A stretch of 61,669 nucleotides of DNA, filler included, from Nemertoderma westbladi (taxonomy: Eukaryota > Animalia > Xenacoelomorpha), in assembly GCA_032718475.1 (NCBI GenBank). It is 4 parts of 4 records of this genome, joined end to end, with 100 filler letters (N's around TTAATTAATTAA, not from the genome) between each part and the next. Parts side by side here need not be neighbours in the genome. Positions count along the whole stretch, not along the records: positions 1 to 24,016 come from JAUCBJ010005350.1; positions 24,117 to 46,226 come from JAUCBJ010005623.1; 2 more parts are not named here. One strand, 5' to 3'. Below are positions 13,901-25,625 of this stretch, one piece after another; the stretch's first letter is position 1, and each line of letters begins with the position of its first letter. Under the pieces are notes generated by a model, which was not told the DNA's origin, did no database searches, and saw only the letters and a program-made list of their open reading frames with translations. The position numbers were made by a program, and so were the translations under genes.

Positions 13901-16900
13901 AGATGGAGTGGATGGACAGGGGATATCGGAGGTATATGGAGTGGGTGGACAGAGAGTGTTGGAGGTAGATGGTGTGGGTGGACAGGGGAAGTCGGAGGTA
14001 GATATGGAGTGGGTGGACAGGGGATGCCGGAGGTAGATAAGGAGTGGGTGGACAGGGGATGTCAGAGGTAAATGGAGTTTATGGACAGGGGATGTCGGAG
14101 GTAGATGGAGTTTATGGACAGGGGATGTCGGAGGTAGATGGAGTGGGTCAACAGGGGATATCGGAGGAAATGGAGTGGGTGGACAGGGGGTGTTGGAGGT
14201 AGATGGAGTGGGTGGACAGGGGATGTCGGAGATAGATGGAGTGGGTGGGCAGGGGATATTAGAGGTACTGTAGATGGAGTGTGTGGAATTGGGAATTCGG
14301 AGGTAGATGGAGTGTGTGGAATTGGGATGTTGGAGGTAGATGGAGTGGGTGGGCAGGGGATGTTAGAGGTACTGTAGATGGAGTGTGTGGAAAGGGGATA
14401 TCGGAGGTAGATGGAGTGTGTGGACAGGGGATGTTGGAGGTAGATGGTGTGGATGGACAGGGGGTGGGCAAGGGGTGTTGGAGGTAGATGGAGTGGGTGG
14501 ACAGGGAATGTCGGAGGTAGATGGAGTGGGTGGACAGGGGATGTTGGAGGTAGACGGTGTGGGTGGACAGGGGGTGGGCAGGGGGTGTTGGAGGTAGATG
14601 GAGTGGGTGGACAGGGGATGTCGGAGGTAGATGGAGTGTGTGGACAGGGGATGTTGAAGGTAGATGGAGTGGGTGGACAGGGAATGTCGGAGGTAGATGG
14701 AGTGGGTGGACAGGGGATGTTGGAGGTAGACGGTGTGGATGGACAGGGAATGTCGGAGGTAGATATGGAGTGGGTGGACAGGGGATGTCAGAGGTAGATG
14801 AAATGGGTGGACAGAGATGTCGGAGGTAGATGGAGTGGGTGGACAGGGGATGTCGGAGGTAGATGGAGTTTATGGACAGGGGATGTCGGAGGTAGATGGA
14901 GTGGGTCAACAGGGGATATCGGAGGAAATGGAGTGGGTGGAAAGGGGATATCTGAGGTAGATGGGGTGTGTGGGCAGGGGATGTTGGAGGTAGATGGTGT
15001 GGATGGACAGGGGGTGTCGGGGGTAGATGGAGTGGGTGGACAGGAGATGTCGGAGGTAGATGTAGTGGGCGGACAGGGGATGTCGGAGGTAGATGGAGTA
15101 GGTGGACAGGGAATGTCGGAGGTAGATGGAGTGGGTGGACAGGGAATGTCGGAGGTAGTAGGAGTGGGTGGATAGGGGATGTCAGAGGTAGATGGAATGG
15201 GTGGACAGTGGATGTCAGAGGTAGATGGAGTGGGTGGACAGGGGATGTCAGAGGTAGATGGAGTGGGAGGACAGGGGATGTCAGAAGTAGATGGAATGGG
15301 TGGACAGTGGATGTCAGAGGTAGATGGAATGGCTGCACAGGGGATGTCAGAGGTAGATGGAGTGGGTGGAGAGGGGATGTCAGAGGTAGATGGAGTGTGT
15401 GGACAGGGGATGTCGGAGGTAGATGGAGTGGGTCAACAGGGGATGTCGGAGGTAAATGGAGTGGGTGGACAGGGAATGTCGGAGGTAGATGGAGTGGGTC
15501 AACAGGGGATGTCGGAGGTAAATGGAGTGGGTGGACAGGGAATGTCTGAGGTAGATGGAGTGGGTGGACAGGGGATGTCAGAGGTAGATGGAATGGGTGG
15601 ATAGGGGATGTCAGAGGTAGATTGTGTGGGTGGATAGGGGATATCAGAGGTAGATGGAGTGTGTGGACAGGGGATATCAGAGGTAAATGGAGTGGATGGA
15701 CAGGGGATGTCAGAGGTAGATGGAATGGGAGGACAGGGGATGTCAGAGGTAATGGAGTGGGTGGACAGTGGATGTCAGAGGTAGATTGTGTGGGTGGATA
15801 GGGGATATCAGAGGTAGATGGAGTGGGTGGACAGGGGATGTCAGAGGTAGATGGAATGGGTGGATAGGGGATGTCAGAGGTAGATGGAGTGGGTGGATAG
15901 GGGATGTCAGAGGTAGATGGAATGGGTGGATAGGGGATGTCAGAGGTAGATGGAGTGGGTGGATAGGGGATGTCAGAAGTAGATTGAATGGGAGGACAGG
16001 GGATGTCAGAGGTAGATGGAGTGGGTGGATAGGGGATGTCAGAAGTAGATTGAATGGGAGGACAGGGGATGTCAGAGGTAGATGTAGTGGGTGGACAGAG
16101 ATGTCGGAGGTAGGTGGAGTGGGTGGACAATGGATGTCGGAGGTAGATGGAGTGGGTGGACAGGGGATGTCGGAGGTAGATGGAGTGTGTGGAATTGGGA
16201 TGTGGGAGGTAGATGGAGTGTGTGGAAAGGGGATATCTGAGGTAGATGGGGTGTGTGGGCAGGGGATGTTGGAGGTAGATGGTGTGGATGGACAGGGGGT
16301 GTCGGGGGTAGATGGCGTGGACGGACAGGGGATATCGGAGGTAGATATGGAGTGGGTGGACAGGGGATGTTGGAGGTAGATGGACAGCGGGTGGGCAGGG
16401 GGTGTTGGAGGTAGATGGAGTGGGTGGACAGGGGATGTCGGAGGTAGATGGAGTGGGTGTGCAGTGGATGTTAGAGGTACTGTAGATGGAGTGTGTGGAA
16501 TTGGGATGTTGGAGGTAGATGGAGTGTGTGGAAAGGGGATATCGGAGGTAGATGGAGTGTGTGGACAGGGGATGTTGAAGGTAGATGGAGTGGGTGGACT
16601 GGGGGTGTTGGAGGTAGATGGTCTGGATGGACAGGGGGTGTCGCAGGTAGATGGAGTGGATGGACAGGGGATATCGGAGGTATATGGAGTGGGTGGACAG
16701 AGGGTGTTGGAGGTAGATGGTGTGGGTGGACAGGGGAAGTCGGAGGTAGATATGGAGTGGGTGGACAGGGGATGTCGGAGGTAGATATGGAGTGGGTGGA
16801 CAGGGGATGTCGGAGGTAAATGGAGTGGATGGACAGTGGGTGCTGGAGGTAGGTGAAGTGGGTGGAAAGGGGATGTCAGAGGTAGATGTAGTGAGTGGAC

Positions 16901-17253
16901 AGGGGGTGTCAGAGGTAGATGTAGTGGGTGGACAGGGGATGTCGGAGGTAGATGGTGTGGATGGACAGGGGATGTCAGAGGTAGATGTAGTGGGTGGACA
17001 GGGGATGTCAGAGGTAGATGGTGTGGATGGACAGGGGATGTCAGAGGAAGATGTAGTGGGTGGACAGGGGATGTCGGAGGTAGATGGTGTGGATGGACAG
17101 GGGATGTCAGAGGTAGATGTAGTGGGTGGACAGGGGATGTCAGAGGTAGATGGTGTGGATGGACAGGGGATGTCAGAGGAAGATGTAGTGGGTGGACAGG
17201 GGATGTCGGAGGTAGATGGTGTGGATGGACAGAGGATGTCAGAGGTAGATGGA
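4979..17253. repeat. 33-bp G-rich minisatellite array (~12.3 kb, ~370 units) with higher-order repeats
   Basis: Unit ggacaggggatgtcggaggtagatggagtgggt; variant blocks recur at offsets of 1353, 2442 and 2838 bp (41, 74 and 86 units). Confidence 0.98.
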
Positions 17254-19037
17254 CGCGGTAATAAAATCACCCTATGTAAATTGGTGATATGCAAAACACC
17301 CTACCGATATCTCTTAGCTCAGTGCTTAAGGCCATGCGAATGGAAACTTAATATGTTGATATCAACAAATTGTCCAATCTTTCTTCTTCCTGAATATATA
17401 CCGGTCTAAATCTCACGATTTGCTGATTCATTACAGCAAACCCCCAAAGTCTAAGTCCATTTACTCAAAACATGATTGTTTGCGATAAGGGTTCTACCTT
17501 CTGACGGGAGAATTATTGAGTACTGTGTAGTGTAAGCAAGTCTATCTGGGTGGAGTATATCTCTATCAATCAACTCTAGACAGGTCCTATCGTAACAGAA
17601 ACTTATTTGCCAAAAAAGCAATATTCCTGTCAAAATGTGCCAGTGGAGATTGCCTGCAAAAAAATAAACTAAACTATAGAACAGATTTAAAGAGTCTTAA
17701 TTTTCAAATCACGACGAGAACTATTTTTTCAAAAAATTTAAATCAATTCTACAGTGTGTGATAATGTCACAATCTTAAAGATAATAGACATACTATGTCC
17801 AGTATGACCACCAGTAGCAGATGGGGTAATGGAGTGTAGAACCCAGAAAATACACTAATATCGTGTCAACTGTATAGGCCAGCCTATACGTTTTCCTTTA
17901 TAATTAAATGTATATAATTACCGGTACACTGCACAGCACACATTAAGGAAAGTAAATAAGTATATGTAATGTAAGATATATAATAATATTATATTAATAT
18001 TGAGAGGAAACGGAATAGGAGAATAAACAAATCGTATAATAATTAGCGACAATAAAAAAATGTCAATCGGTGTAAATTTATCTCTACTCGTACCTTAAAA
18101 CCTAAATAACCACCTTTTAATCATTATCCCTCTCATTATTTAAGTTTTACTGATATAGATGAAGTTAAATTGTACAATAAATGAGACCCAAACAATATAA
18201 TTTAGGCAATTCGTATTTAGTATAAATAACTGGTTAGTCTTTGTCATTTTTATTTTTACGCTAATTATTTACAATAAAAAATAATAGATATGTGTATATA
18301 AATTAGCTATTGAACTACCTAAAACAAGGGCTGCATTAGGGGTAAAATAAAAAATATTAATTAGTACAGTAGTATATTAAGCCAATTATTAGTAACATTT
18401 ACAGATCGCAAAAAGCCAATTGGGGTGTCGTTTCAGCCTTCTCATCATAGGGTTAATGTTAAATTAATATTAAAAAATGACTGCCTAGAAGTAAAAGTTT
18501 TACTGTAAACTGTATTCCTAAATTGATTTTATTGTTTTGGTTAGAAAAGCCTGCCATTATAGCCTGCTACTTTCCTTAAAAGGTACCCTTAATGGTGAAT
18601 ATCGAAATTAAATATTCGCGAAATTAAGTAGTTAATATGTTAAAATAGGCTGAAACTAGGCATGTCCCGGAATTCCGTTCCGGCCGGAATTCCGGCGGTA
18701 TTTGCCCGATTCCGGTTCCGGCCGGAATTGCCGGAATGGGGTCAATTCCGGCCGGAATTTTACCGGAATTACCAGGTTCCTAACTAGTTTGATAGTTGCC
18801 AATTGCATTAGTTTGTGAAATTATTATCAAAAGTTATATATTTTTTTTAACATATATATTATTATTATTATTACATATATTATTGTTTAAGATGCAGTAC
18901 TAGTCAACACTTGTAAGAAAAAGTACAGAAGTAAAATTTTCTTCGGCCGTTAGCTTAGAGCTACCATTTAAGGATGCAAAGCAGATATAGATACCCCATG
19001 ATAGCCTCTTCAAACTATTCGTACCTAAACGAAAACT

Positions 19038-19092
19038 GCCGTGGCCCATGCGAGGTTCGAACCCACAACCTCCAGATAGAATGCCAGATTCA
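19038..19092 (-). mobile_element. tRNA-derived SINE-like head fragment
   Basis: Minus strand ctggaggttgtgggttcgaacctcgcatgggcca contains B-box GGTTCGAACC in a T-arm-like context; no A-box or complete cloverleaf seen. Confidence 0.4.
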
Positions 19093-19155
19093 ATGCAACT
19101 TAGTTCACATTTGTAAAATCTTTTGTCGTTCAGAAGATTTTTTATGAAATGCATT

Positions 19156-19518
19156 GGGCCCGTGCTCCACTGGTAAGTCATTTAAGTCGTTTTCAGATTT
19201 TGTCTTCAGAATGTTTTCAGAATGTCAAAATTACACCTCCCTTGCTCCACTGGTAACACATAAGTCAAAAGTCATTTGTTAAAAAATATAAGTTAAGTCT
19301 CACATTTACAAAATCATTTACAATTTAACAGGTATCGCTTTCAGCATGCCAAAAAAAGGTCAAAAAAAGATGGAACATGGGACATAATCACTTTCGCTCA
19401 TAAGTCGTTACTTACGATTTACCAGTAGAGTGGAGACGCTCCCATTGAAACCAATGTGTTGGTGTTCCATAATAAATTTTGACTTACGACATAAGACTTA
19501 CCAGTGAAACATGGGCCT
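19156..19518. mobile_element. MITE nested in the hAT element (Harbinger-like ends)
   Basis: TIRs gggcccgtgctccactggtaagtc / gacttaccagtgaaacatgggcct; TSD not clean. Confidence 0.65.
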
Positions 19519-20136
19519 TAACGAGTGGTTTTACAATCTGCTTATATTATAACGTTTTTTAGATTGATTTACATTATTATTCATTGATTTTACATTATTT
19601 TATTTTGATATAATTATTAAATAATATGATAGTATTAATATTGGTATTGGTATTGTCCAACATAACATAGGATTACCCCTAAAGTTTTGTAGCTTATTTC
19701 CAAGGATTCCTTTATGTTACTTGGTTACAAATAGGCCTGCGTCTTTAGGTCCTGCAAGTGTGGTCGTTGGGTCATGCGTCAATATTCCCTGCGTCGTAGG
19801 TGCTGCATATAGTACAGTATGTTTATTTATATTTACAGCAAAGCTATTTCTTACCAGAAATCTATTTATTCCCAGCAAAATTAAACTGTAAGATATACTA
19901 CTAACTTTCGTTTATTGTTCTGGTTCGAATAACATGTCACTGTAACATGCTCCTTTCCCTTAACGACACCAGGATATTGCACTAAACGACCTAATGATGC
20001 GAAACCAGGAAACCCGAAACCTCTGGTCAACGTAGGTTTTTACGTATGAGCCTAAAACCCTAACTTTTGGTCAATGATATAGGTTTCTAAAAAAACAAGG
20101 AAATTGAATGGGAGAATCTTTTAGGCTCGTTAAGCC

Positions 20137-20314
20137 AAGGAATGCCTGTTCACCACCATGGGTGATCTTCCACAGTAAATCATTCCACTCTGTTTCCTAA
20201 AGGAATGCCTGTTCACCACCATGGGTGACCTTCCACAGTAAACCTTTCCACTCTGTTTCCTAAAGGAATGCCTGTTCACCACCATGGGTGATCTTCCACA
20301 GTAAACCCTTCCAC
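20137..20314 (-). repeat. ~3 inverted units of the 63-bp satellite inside the hAT element
   Basis: Reverse complement of the 1857-4978 unit; near-direct repeat aaaacaaggaaatt at 20092 and 20315. Confidence 0.9.
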
Positions 20315-20676
20315 AAAACAAGGAAATTTAATTCCCTGTCGTATAACGCCGAAGTACCCCCCTCCCGTCCCCAAAAAAGGCCGTAACGTGCCAAAATTCG
20401 TTTATTTCACAAAAAATATAAGGTTTCATGGGTCATTTAGTGTATTTCTCTAATTTATACAAAATTCCGGTTTCCAATATTCCGGCATGTTGAATTCCGG
20501 TTCCGGTTCCGGCCGGAATCAAAATATTGATTCCGGGACATCCCTAGCTGAAACGACACCCCAATTGGTAATATGCGTACAGATCAGGATAGAAGCCAAA
20601 TAATATACCTAGCCAGCTATTACGACGGGCCTATCCCTTTACAGATATAGGCCCGGTTCCGTATAGAACTCCAGAA

Positions 20677-21399
20677 CTACTGCGTTTTCATTTGCTTCCT
20701 ACTGCGAGCCCTTATCTCAGTTCTAGCGCTCGTGTATTCAAACCACAACACGTTAGGGATGAGCACGGAATCCCTTATCAGTAACACTTCACTGATCGGC
20801 CACTGGACAATAACAGGGAACAGAGGTTCTATGTAAACGCTGACGACATGGAACCACAAACACGCCAAGAGGACGCCCACAACTGAGCCGCAGACAACCT
20901 GGCCCAGACTGTGGTACTGCAAGTATAGTCGCCCCACAGACACAGCAAAGGCAGTGAGCACGGCGCCGACTACAACTAAATGCTTCCAAACCTCTCCGAT
21001 TTGCGTCCTAGAATTGCAACGCCGCAGACGGAGATGAAGAAACAGGGTTAAGTACATCGCAAAGAACCAAATAAATTGGCAATGACTGGATGGCATCCCG
21101 AATGCGGAACGCAAGTTGGACCGCACCATTGGTCGTTCTTCTCTAATTATTTGTTTAAGGATTGCGTTCGCCACCTCCGATATCAACAATCCAAATAAAA
21201 AGAAGAGCGTGTACAGTTCCCTTCGAAATAGTATCAGGGGAATAAAACAGACGGCGATAAATATAGGTGAAAGGCTTATAATGGCGAGTAGATATCCCAG
21301 AGTGTCCCCCTTGGGGTACTCGACGAAAGTTAGAGAGAATGGAACCCACACTGTTTCATTGTTGGCTTCCCCCATTACCCAGGAAGAGAGTGAAGCCAT
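20677..21399 (-). CDS. DOLPP1: Dolichyldiphosphatase 1 (PAP2 family), single coding exon, 240 aa
   Basis: LTFVEYPKGDTLGYLLAIISLSP N-terminus; PAP2 motifs KQIIREERP, GMPSSH, GRLYLQYH; C-terminal IRDSVLIPNVLWFEY typical of DOLPP1. Confidence 0.95.
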   Translation of the reverse strand: MASLSSWVMGEANNETVWVPFSLTFVEYPKGDTLGYLLAIISLSPIFIAVCFIPLILFRRELYTLFFLFGLLISEVANAILKQIIREERPMVRSNLRSAFGMPSSHCQFIWFFAMYLTLFLHLRLRRCNSRTQIGEVWKHLVVVGAVLTAFAVSVGRLYLQYHSLGQVVCGSVVGVLLACLWFHVVSVYIEPLFPVIVQWPISEVLLIRDSVLIPNVLWFEYTSARTEIRARSRKQMKTQ

Positions 21400-22988
21400 G
21401 TTGACAGGTTGAAGTAAACCGCAGACCAGCAGACCGCTTACCTGTTTACTTGTTTATGTTACCAGGTTATAGTTTGATAAATCAAACTGTCAAAGGCAGA
21501 TGCAGGCAGAGAGACCTACGACCTATTGTTTACTGTTTCTGTGTTTACCGGTATGGCCAGATTGTCGAACATGTAGGCCTACTACTGTACTAACGGACTG
21601 ACGCTGTACTGGTGTACAGGTGTAAGTTCTGAAGTTGAGTCAGACAGTAGTAATATAGTCAGATAGTATGTATTACAGTATTAATTGGTATGTATGTATA
21701 CAGACTGCTACAGCTACTGAGGTATACAGTATAGCAGAGGACAGGACTGTAGGACAGCAAGTCGGTAGGTATAGGTACCGGTAATCCTGTAATCGCACGA
21801 CCAATATCAGAATATGCAATATCTGAGGGCAATCGGATAGCTTTGCTGTACATGAGACAGATAGGGGGGACTTTCGACGCAATAAAAATGCATCCCTCTC
21901 CAGGGGAAATTCGACGCAAGTAACAGCTGATTACTCTAAAAAATAAAACTCTAAACTGTTCTATTGTGTTTAGTTTATTGTTTTGGTTAACAAACATATC
22001 TCCCCACTGTAAACCTGCTCCTTTGGAACAGGTTACAGTGGCTAGGTATTTTACTTAATTATATTATAATAATATTTTTATTTTAAATAAAAATATAATA
22101 AAGGAATTAATGTTAATAGTATAAATACATCTGTGTTTCTTTTCGTATTATTTTTGTTAATGTGTTGTTTAGTTGGTGCTTCGTCTGGCATTCTGCGATT
22201 CTGGAAAACTTGTCGTTTAAGAATTATATTCAATAAAAAATATATTCCATTACTTTTCTGAATTGATTTTGCGGAGGGGGGGGGGGGAGGTGGTAGTTGC
22301 TGGAGGGGGGGGGGGGGGGGGTAGTTTCATATATGAACCGCCCCAAATAATTAATACTATATGTATCTGCAATAATGAAGATTTTGTATTTTTCCAATAC
22401 TCATTACAATAATCAAAACTCAACTCTTCTCGGATCACTTTTAGTCTTTGTACCTCTAGACTGACTAAACAATTAACTCAAGGATACAATTTATAATAAT
22501 AGGGGTCAATAAATAAAGGACTGACAGCGAAATAGAGACAGATTAAAACTCATAATACTTTGAACATATTTTATGCGTGCAGTTTATTATTGAAATAATA
22601 TATGCCATCATTAATTTCCGTTTAATGTACGTGCATGACATGCACATTGAACGTAAATTACTGTATACGATAAAAAATTGATAAAATTGTTATTATTGGT
22701 CAAATATGAACGTTTTCATATGAACCGAATTTGAACTGTTTATATTTTGGTAAGTAGAATGTAATTTAAACGTTTTACAAACGTTATGTTGAGCGTTCAT
22801 TTCATTCGTTCAAAATACGGTAATATGAACAGCCACGTAAATTAAAGGTTAACAGTGAAAGTTATTTGAACTACTGTAAATTCTTGAACGTCCATACGAA
22901 TTATAACGTTATTTTGTCGTACTTTGACAGTTTGAACGCTGTTTTGCTACCTGGATTCTACAACCCTATCACCACTGACCACTGACCA

Positions 22989-23748
22989 TAGTGTCCTTTA
23001 AGAGGCGTCTCCAAAACGTTGTCCACCACCCTTATACACTCCATTAGGCCGCCAAAGCACAAGATTGTGCACTGGCTGGTCCTCACCTCGAAAGCAATGC
23101 CATGCAAAGCGGAGGCGGTTCGGTGCAAGTGTCAAGCTGGTGGAGCTCCAATATTGTATAGTCTGACTGGAGATGTGTTACATTGTACTTGACACAGTGA
23201 ACCCGGCGCAGCATTCTTGTGAAAGTACCATCCAGAGATTTGGTATCCCCGCTGGAATTAGAGGCCCAGCATGGACTCCCATATAATAGTACTTTATGCT
23301 ACTGCTGCCCTAAATAATCGAACCTTGAGATTCCGTTTTTTGCTATGGGACTTCCAAATCCTGCACAGACTGTATTCAATGCTGCGATACCTTCCCCTTA
23401 CGTATCCGACCTTATCGTAACCTCACCGTACGTATCCTATCCTTACGTATACTGTATCTTCACCTGACTTCCGGATCCATGATCCCAAGTAGCATAACTC
23501 ATCTACATGTTCAAAGCAGGCCATCCCCGGAGCTTATGCCATTACGACAGACATTTCTTGAGGGCTGTCAAGATTCACTGTCATAATTAGGTCTTTTTTG
23601 AAATTTGCAATAGACCACGCCACTAGAAGCAACCAGCTCCAATGAGCAGAGGAGGGGTTCTTTCTTCGGGCTCCCTCTAGTGATTCTGACAGTGCCCCTA
23701 CTGTATGTCCTCAGCAAGACAGCAAAGTCTAGATCAGTAAGGTACTTT
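22989..23748 (-). mobile_element. Old degenerate RTE LINE fragment related to 3109-4571
   Basis: Colinear similarity (KYLTDLDFA; ccatccagagatttggt; cttccaaatcctg) with many indels and stops. Confidence 0.85.
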
Positions 23749-24016
23749 ATTCCAAAAATTGTAACATTACTCAACGCCGTTAGTATTAACAGCGAGTTTT
23801 AGCACTTTATAACTTTAGAGGACATTACAGCATTGTATCGGCCTGTACATTTAGAATTGTATTTGGTGTTATTGTTTACGTGACGACGCATGACGACGTT
23901 AAGTAATGTCCCCCTAGTGGACATAACTTAACGCCGTCATTGGATACCACGTAAACAATAGGTGGAAATTTGCCTGACAGCCAGATAGGCCTACTGCATT
24001 ACCTACCGGTAGGCGG

Positions 24017-24116
24017 NNNNNNNNNNNNNNNNNNNNNNNNNNNNNNNNNNNNNNNNNNNNTTAATTAATTAANNNNNNNNNNNNNNNNNNNNNNNNNNNN
24101 NNNNNNNNNNNNNNNN
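24017..24116. other. Assembly gap (N run with TTAATTAATTAA spacer)
   Basis: Identical 100-bp design at all three gaps. Confidence 0.98.
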
Positions 24117-25050
24117 ACCTTCGGGTAGCAGATAAGAGTAGCACCCACCCCTACCTTCGGGTAACAGATAGAAGGAGCGCCCACCCCTACCTTCGGGTAG
24201 CAGATAGGAGTAGCTCCCACCCCTACCTTCAGGTAGCAGATAGGAGTAGCGCCCACCTCCTCCTATTGGATTGCAGATGTGTAGTGCCCATCCCTACCAC
24301 CGGGTAGCAGATAGGAGTAGCGCCCAACCCTACCTTCAGGCAGTAGATAGGAGTAGCGCCCACCCCTACCTTCGGGTACCAGATATGAGCAGCGCCCACC
24401 CCTACCTTCGGGTAGCAGATAGCAGTAGCGACCACCCCGACCTTCAGGAATCAGATAGGAGTAGCGCCCACCCCTACCTTCGGGTAGCATATAGGGGTAG
24501 CGCCCACCCCTACTGTACCTTCGTGTAGAAGATAGGAGTAGAGCCCAACCCTACCTTCGGGTAGCAGATAGGAGTAGCGCCCACCCCTACCTTCGGGTAG
24601 CAGATAGGAGTTGCACCCACCCATATCTTCCGGTAGCAGATAGGAGTAGCGCCCATCCTTACCTTCGGGTAGCAGATAGGAGCTGCGCCCACCCCTACCT
24701 TCGGGTAGCAGATAGGAGTAGCGCCCACACCTACCTTCGGGTAGCAGATAGGAGTAGCGCCCACCCCTACCTTTGGGTAGCAGATAGGAGTAGCGCCCAC
24801 ACCTACCTTCGGATAGCAGATAGCAGTAGCGCCTACTCCAACATTTGGGAAGCAGATTGGAGCAGCGTCCACCCCTACCTTCGGGTAGCAGATAGGAGTA
24901 GCGCCCACCCCGACCTTCAGGAATCAGGTAGGAGTAGCGCCCACCCCTACTGTACCTTCGTGTAGAAGATAGGAGTAGCGCCCACCCATACCATCGGGTA
25001 GCAGATAGGAGCAGCGCTCACCCCTACCTTCCGGTAACTGATAGGAGTAG
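24117..25050. repeat. 39-bp minisatellite (~23 units, runs into the gap)
   Basis: Unit cccctaccttcgggtagcagataggagtagcgcccac-like, 13-codon periodicity in the ORF track. Confidence 0.95.
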
Positions 25051-25625
25051 AATTATATATTATTAATAATAATCCAATGCCTAATAAAACTGCTTACCAG
25101 AGAAAATAAGAGGAAAATTTTGTGAACTTCAACCGAGCATCTTCATCGCAATTGGGGTAACAGATGCGTAGTATACAACAATCGTGAGCTTTATGGACCC
25201 ACCCACGTTGATTCCCATGTTAGCGACAGCTCTGTTAGATTGCACTACTGGTGTTGTGGGTCTCTATATCTAAAAAAAAATAATTGAGGAGATTAAATTG
25301 GTGGTGAGCCTCTCAAGCCTGAAACACAATGGGTCAATTTATACTGTGTAGGCCTACATATTTCTTATAAAATGTTATGATCTTTATACAGTTTTAGGTT
25401 GTATTCATAAAAATATATAAAGTGAGTATATTTACAAAAATATGCAAATAATATATAAAATATACAAATAAAATAAAATTTATAAAAATATATTTACAGG
25501 GAGTGTAGCAGGAGTGTACAGGGATTTAATTTTAAAGCAATAGATATTTTAAGCATGAATTTATTTAAACAAATTTTTATTTTGTAGGTCTTGCAAATGA
25601 TAATGATAACAACAAACAAGTAATG

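Larger units (their letters stand above)
18657..20546. mobile_element. Non-autonomous hAT-type element (1890 bp)
   Basis: TIRs taggcatgtcccggaat / attccgggacatcccta; perfect 8-bp TSD gctgaaac (18649-18656, 20547-20554); subterminal ttccgg/ccggaa repeats. Confidence 0.9.
18420..20566. mobile_element. Small MITE (~250 bp once the nested insert is removed) whose right TIR is split by a hAT element
   Basis: Left ggggtgtcgtttcagcct; right aggctgaaac|gacacccc, interrupted at 18657-20554; aatt flanks both ends. Confidence 0.75.

Noticed and set aside
4893-17409. Very long ORFs (up to 1513 aa) on both strands of the 33-bp array
   Set aside because: A unit length divisible by 3 and a skewed composition keep several frames open at once. 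Stops and frameshifts are scattered through the array, and there is no unique domain or signal peptide.
19030-19100. Functional tRNA gene
   Set aside because: Only a B-box and T-arm-like part is present; no D-arm or acceptor stem, and it lies inside a transposon.
24017-24116. TTAATTAATTAA motif within N runs (also 46227 and 55840)
   Set aside because: Identical artificial scaffolding spacer; adjacency across these gaps is not certain.
24065-24908. ORFs with ICYPKVGVGATP repeats
   Set aside because: Translations of the 39-bp minisatellite, broken by frameshifts.
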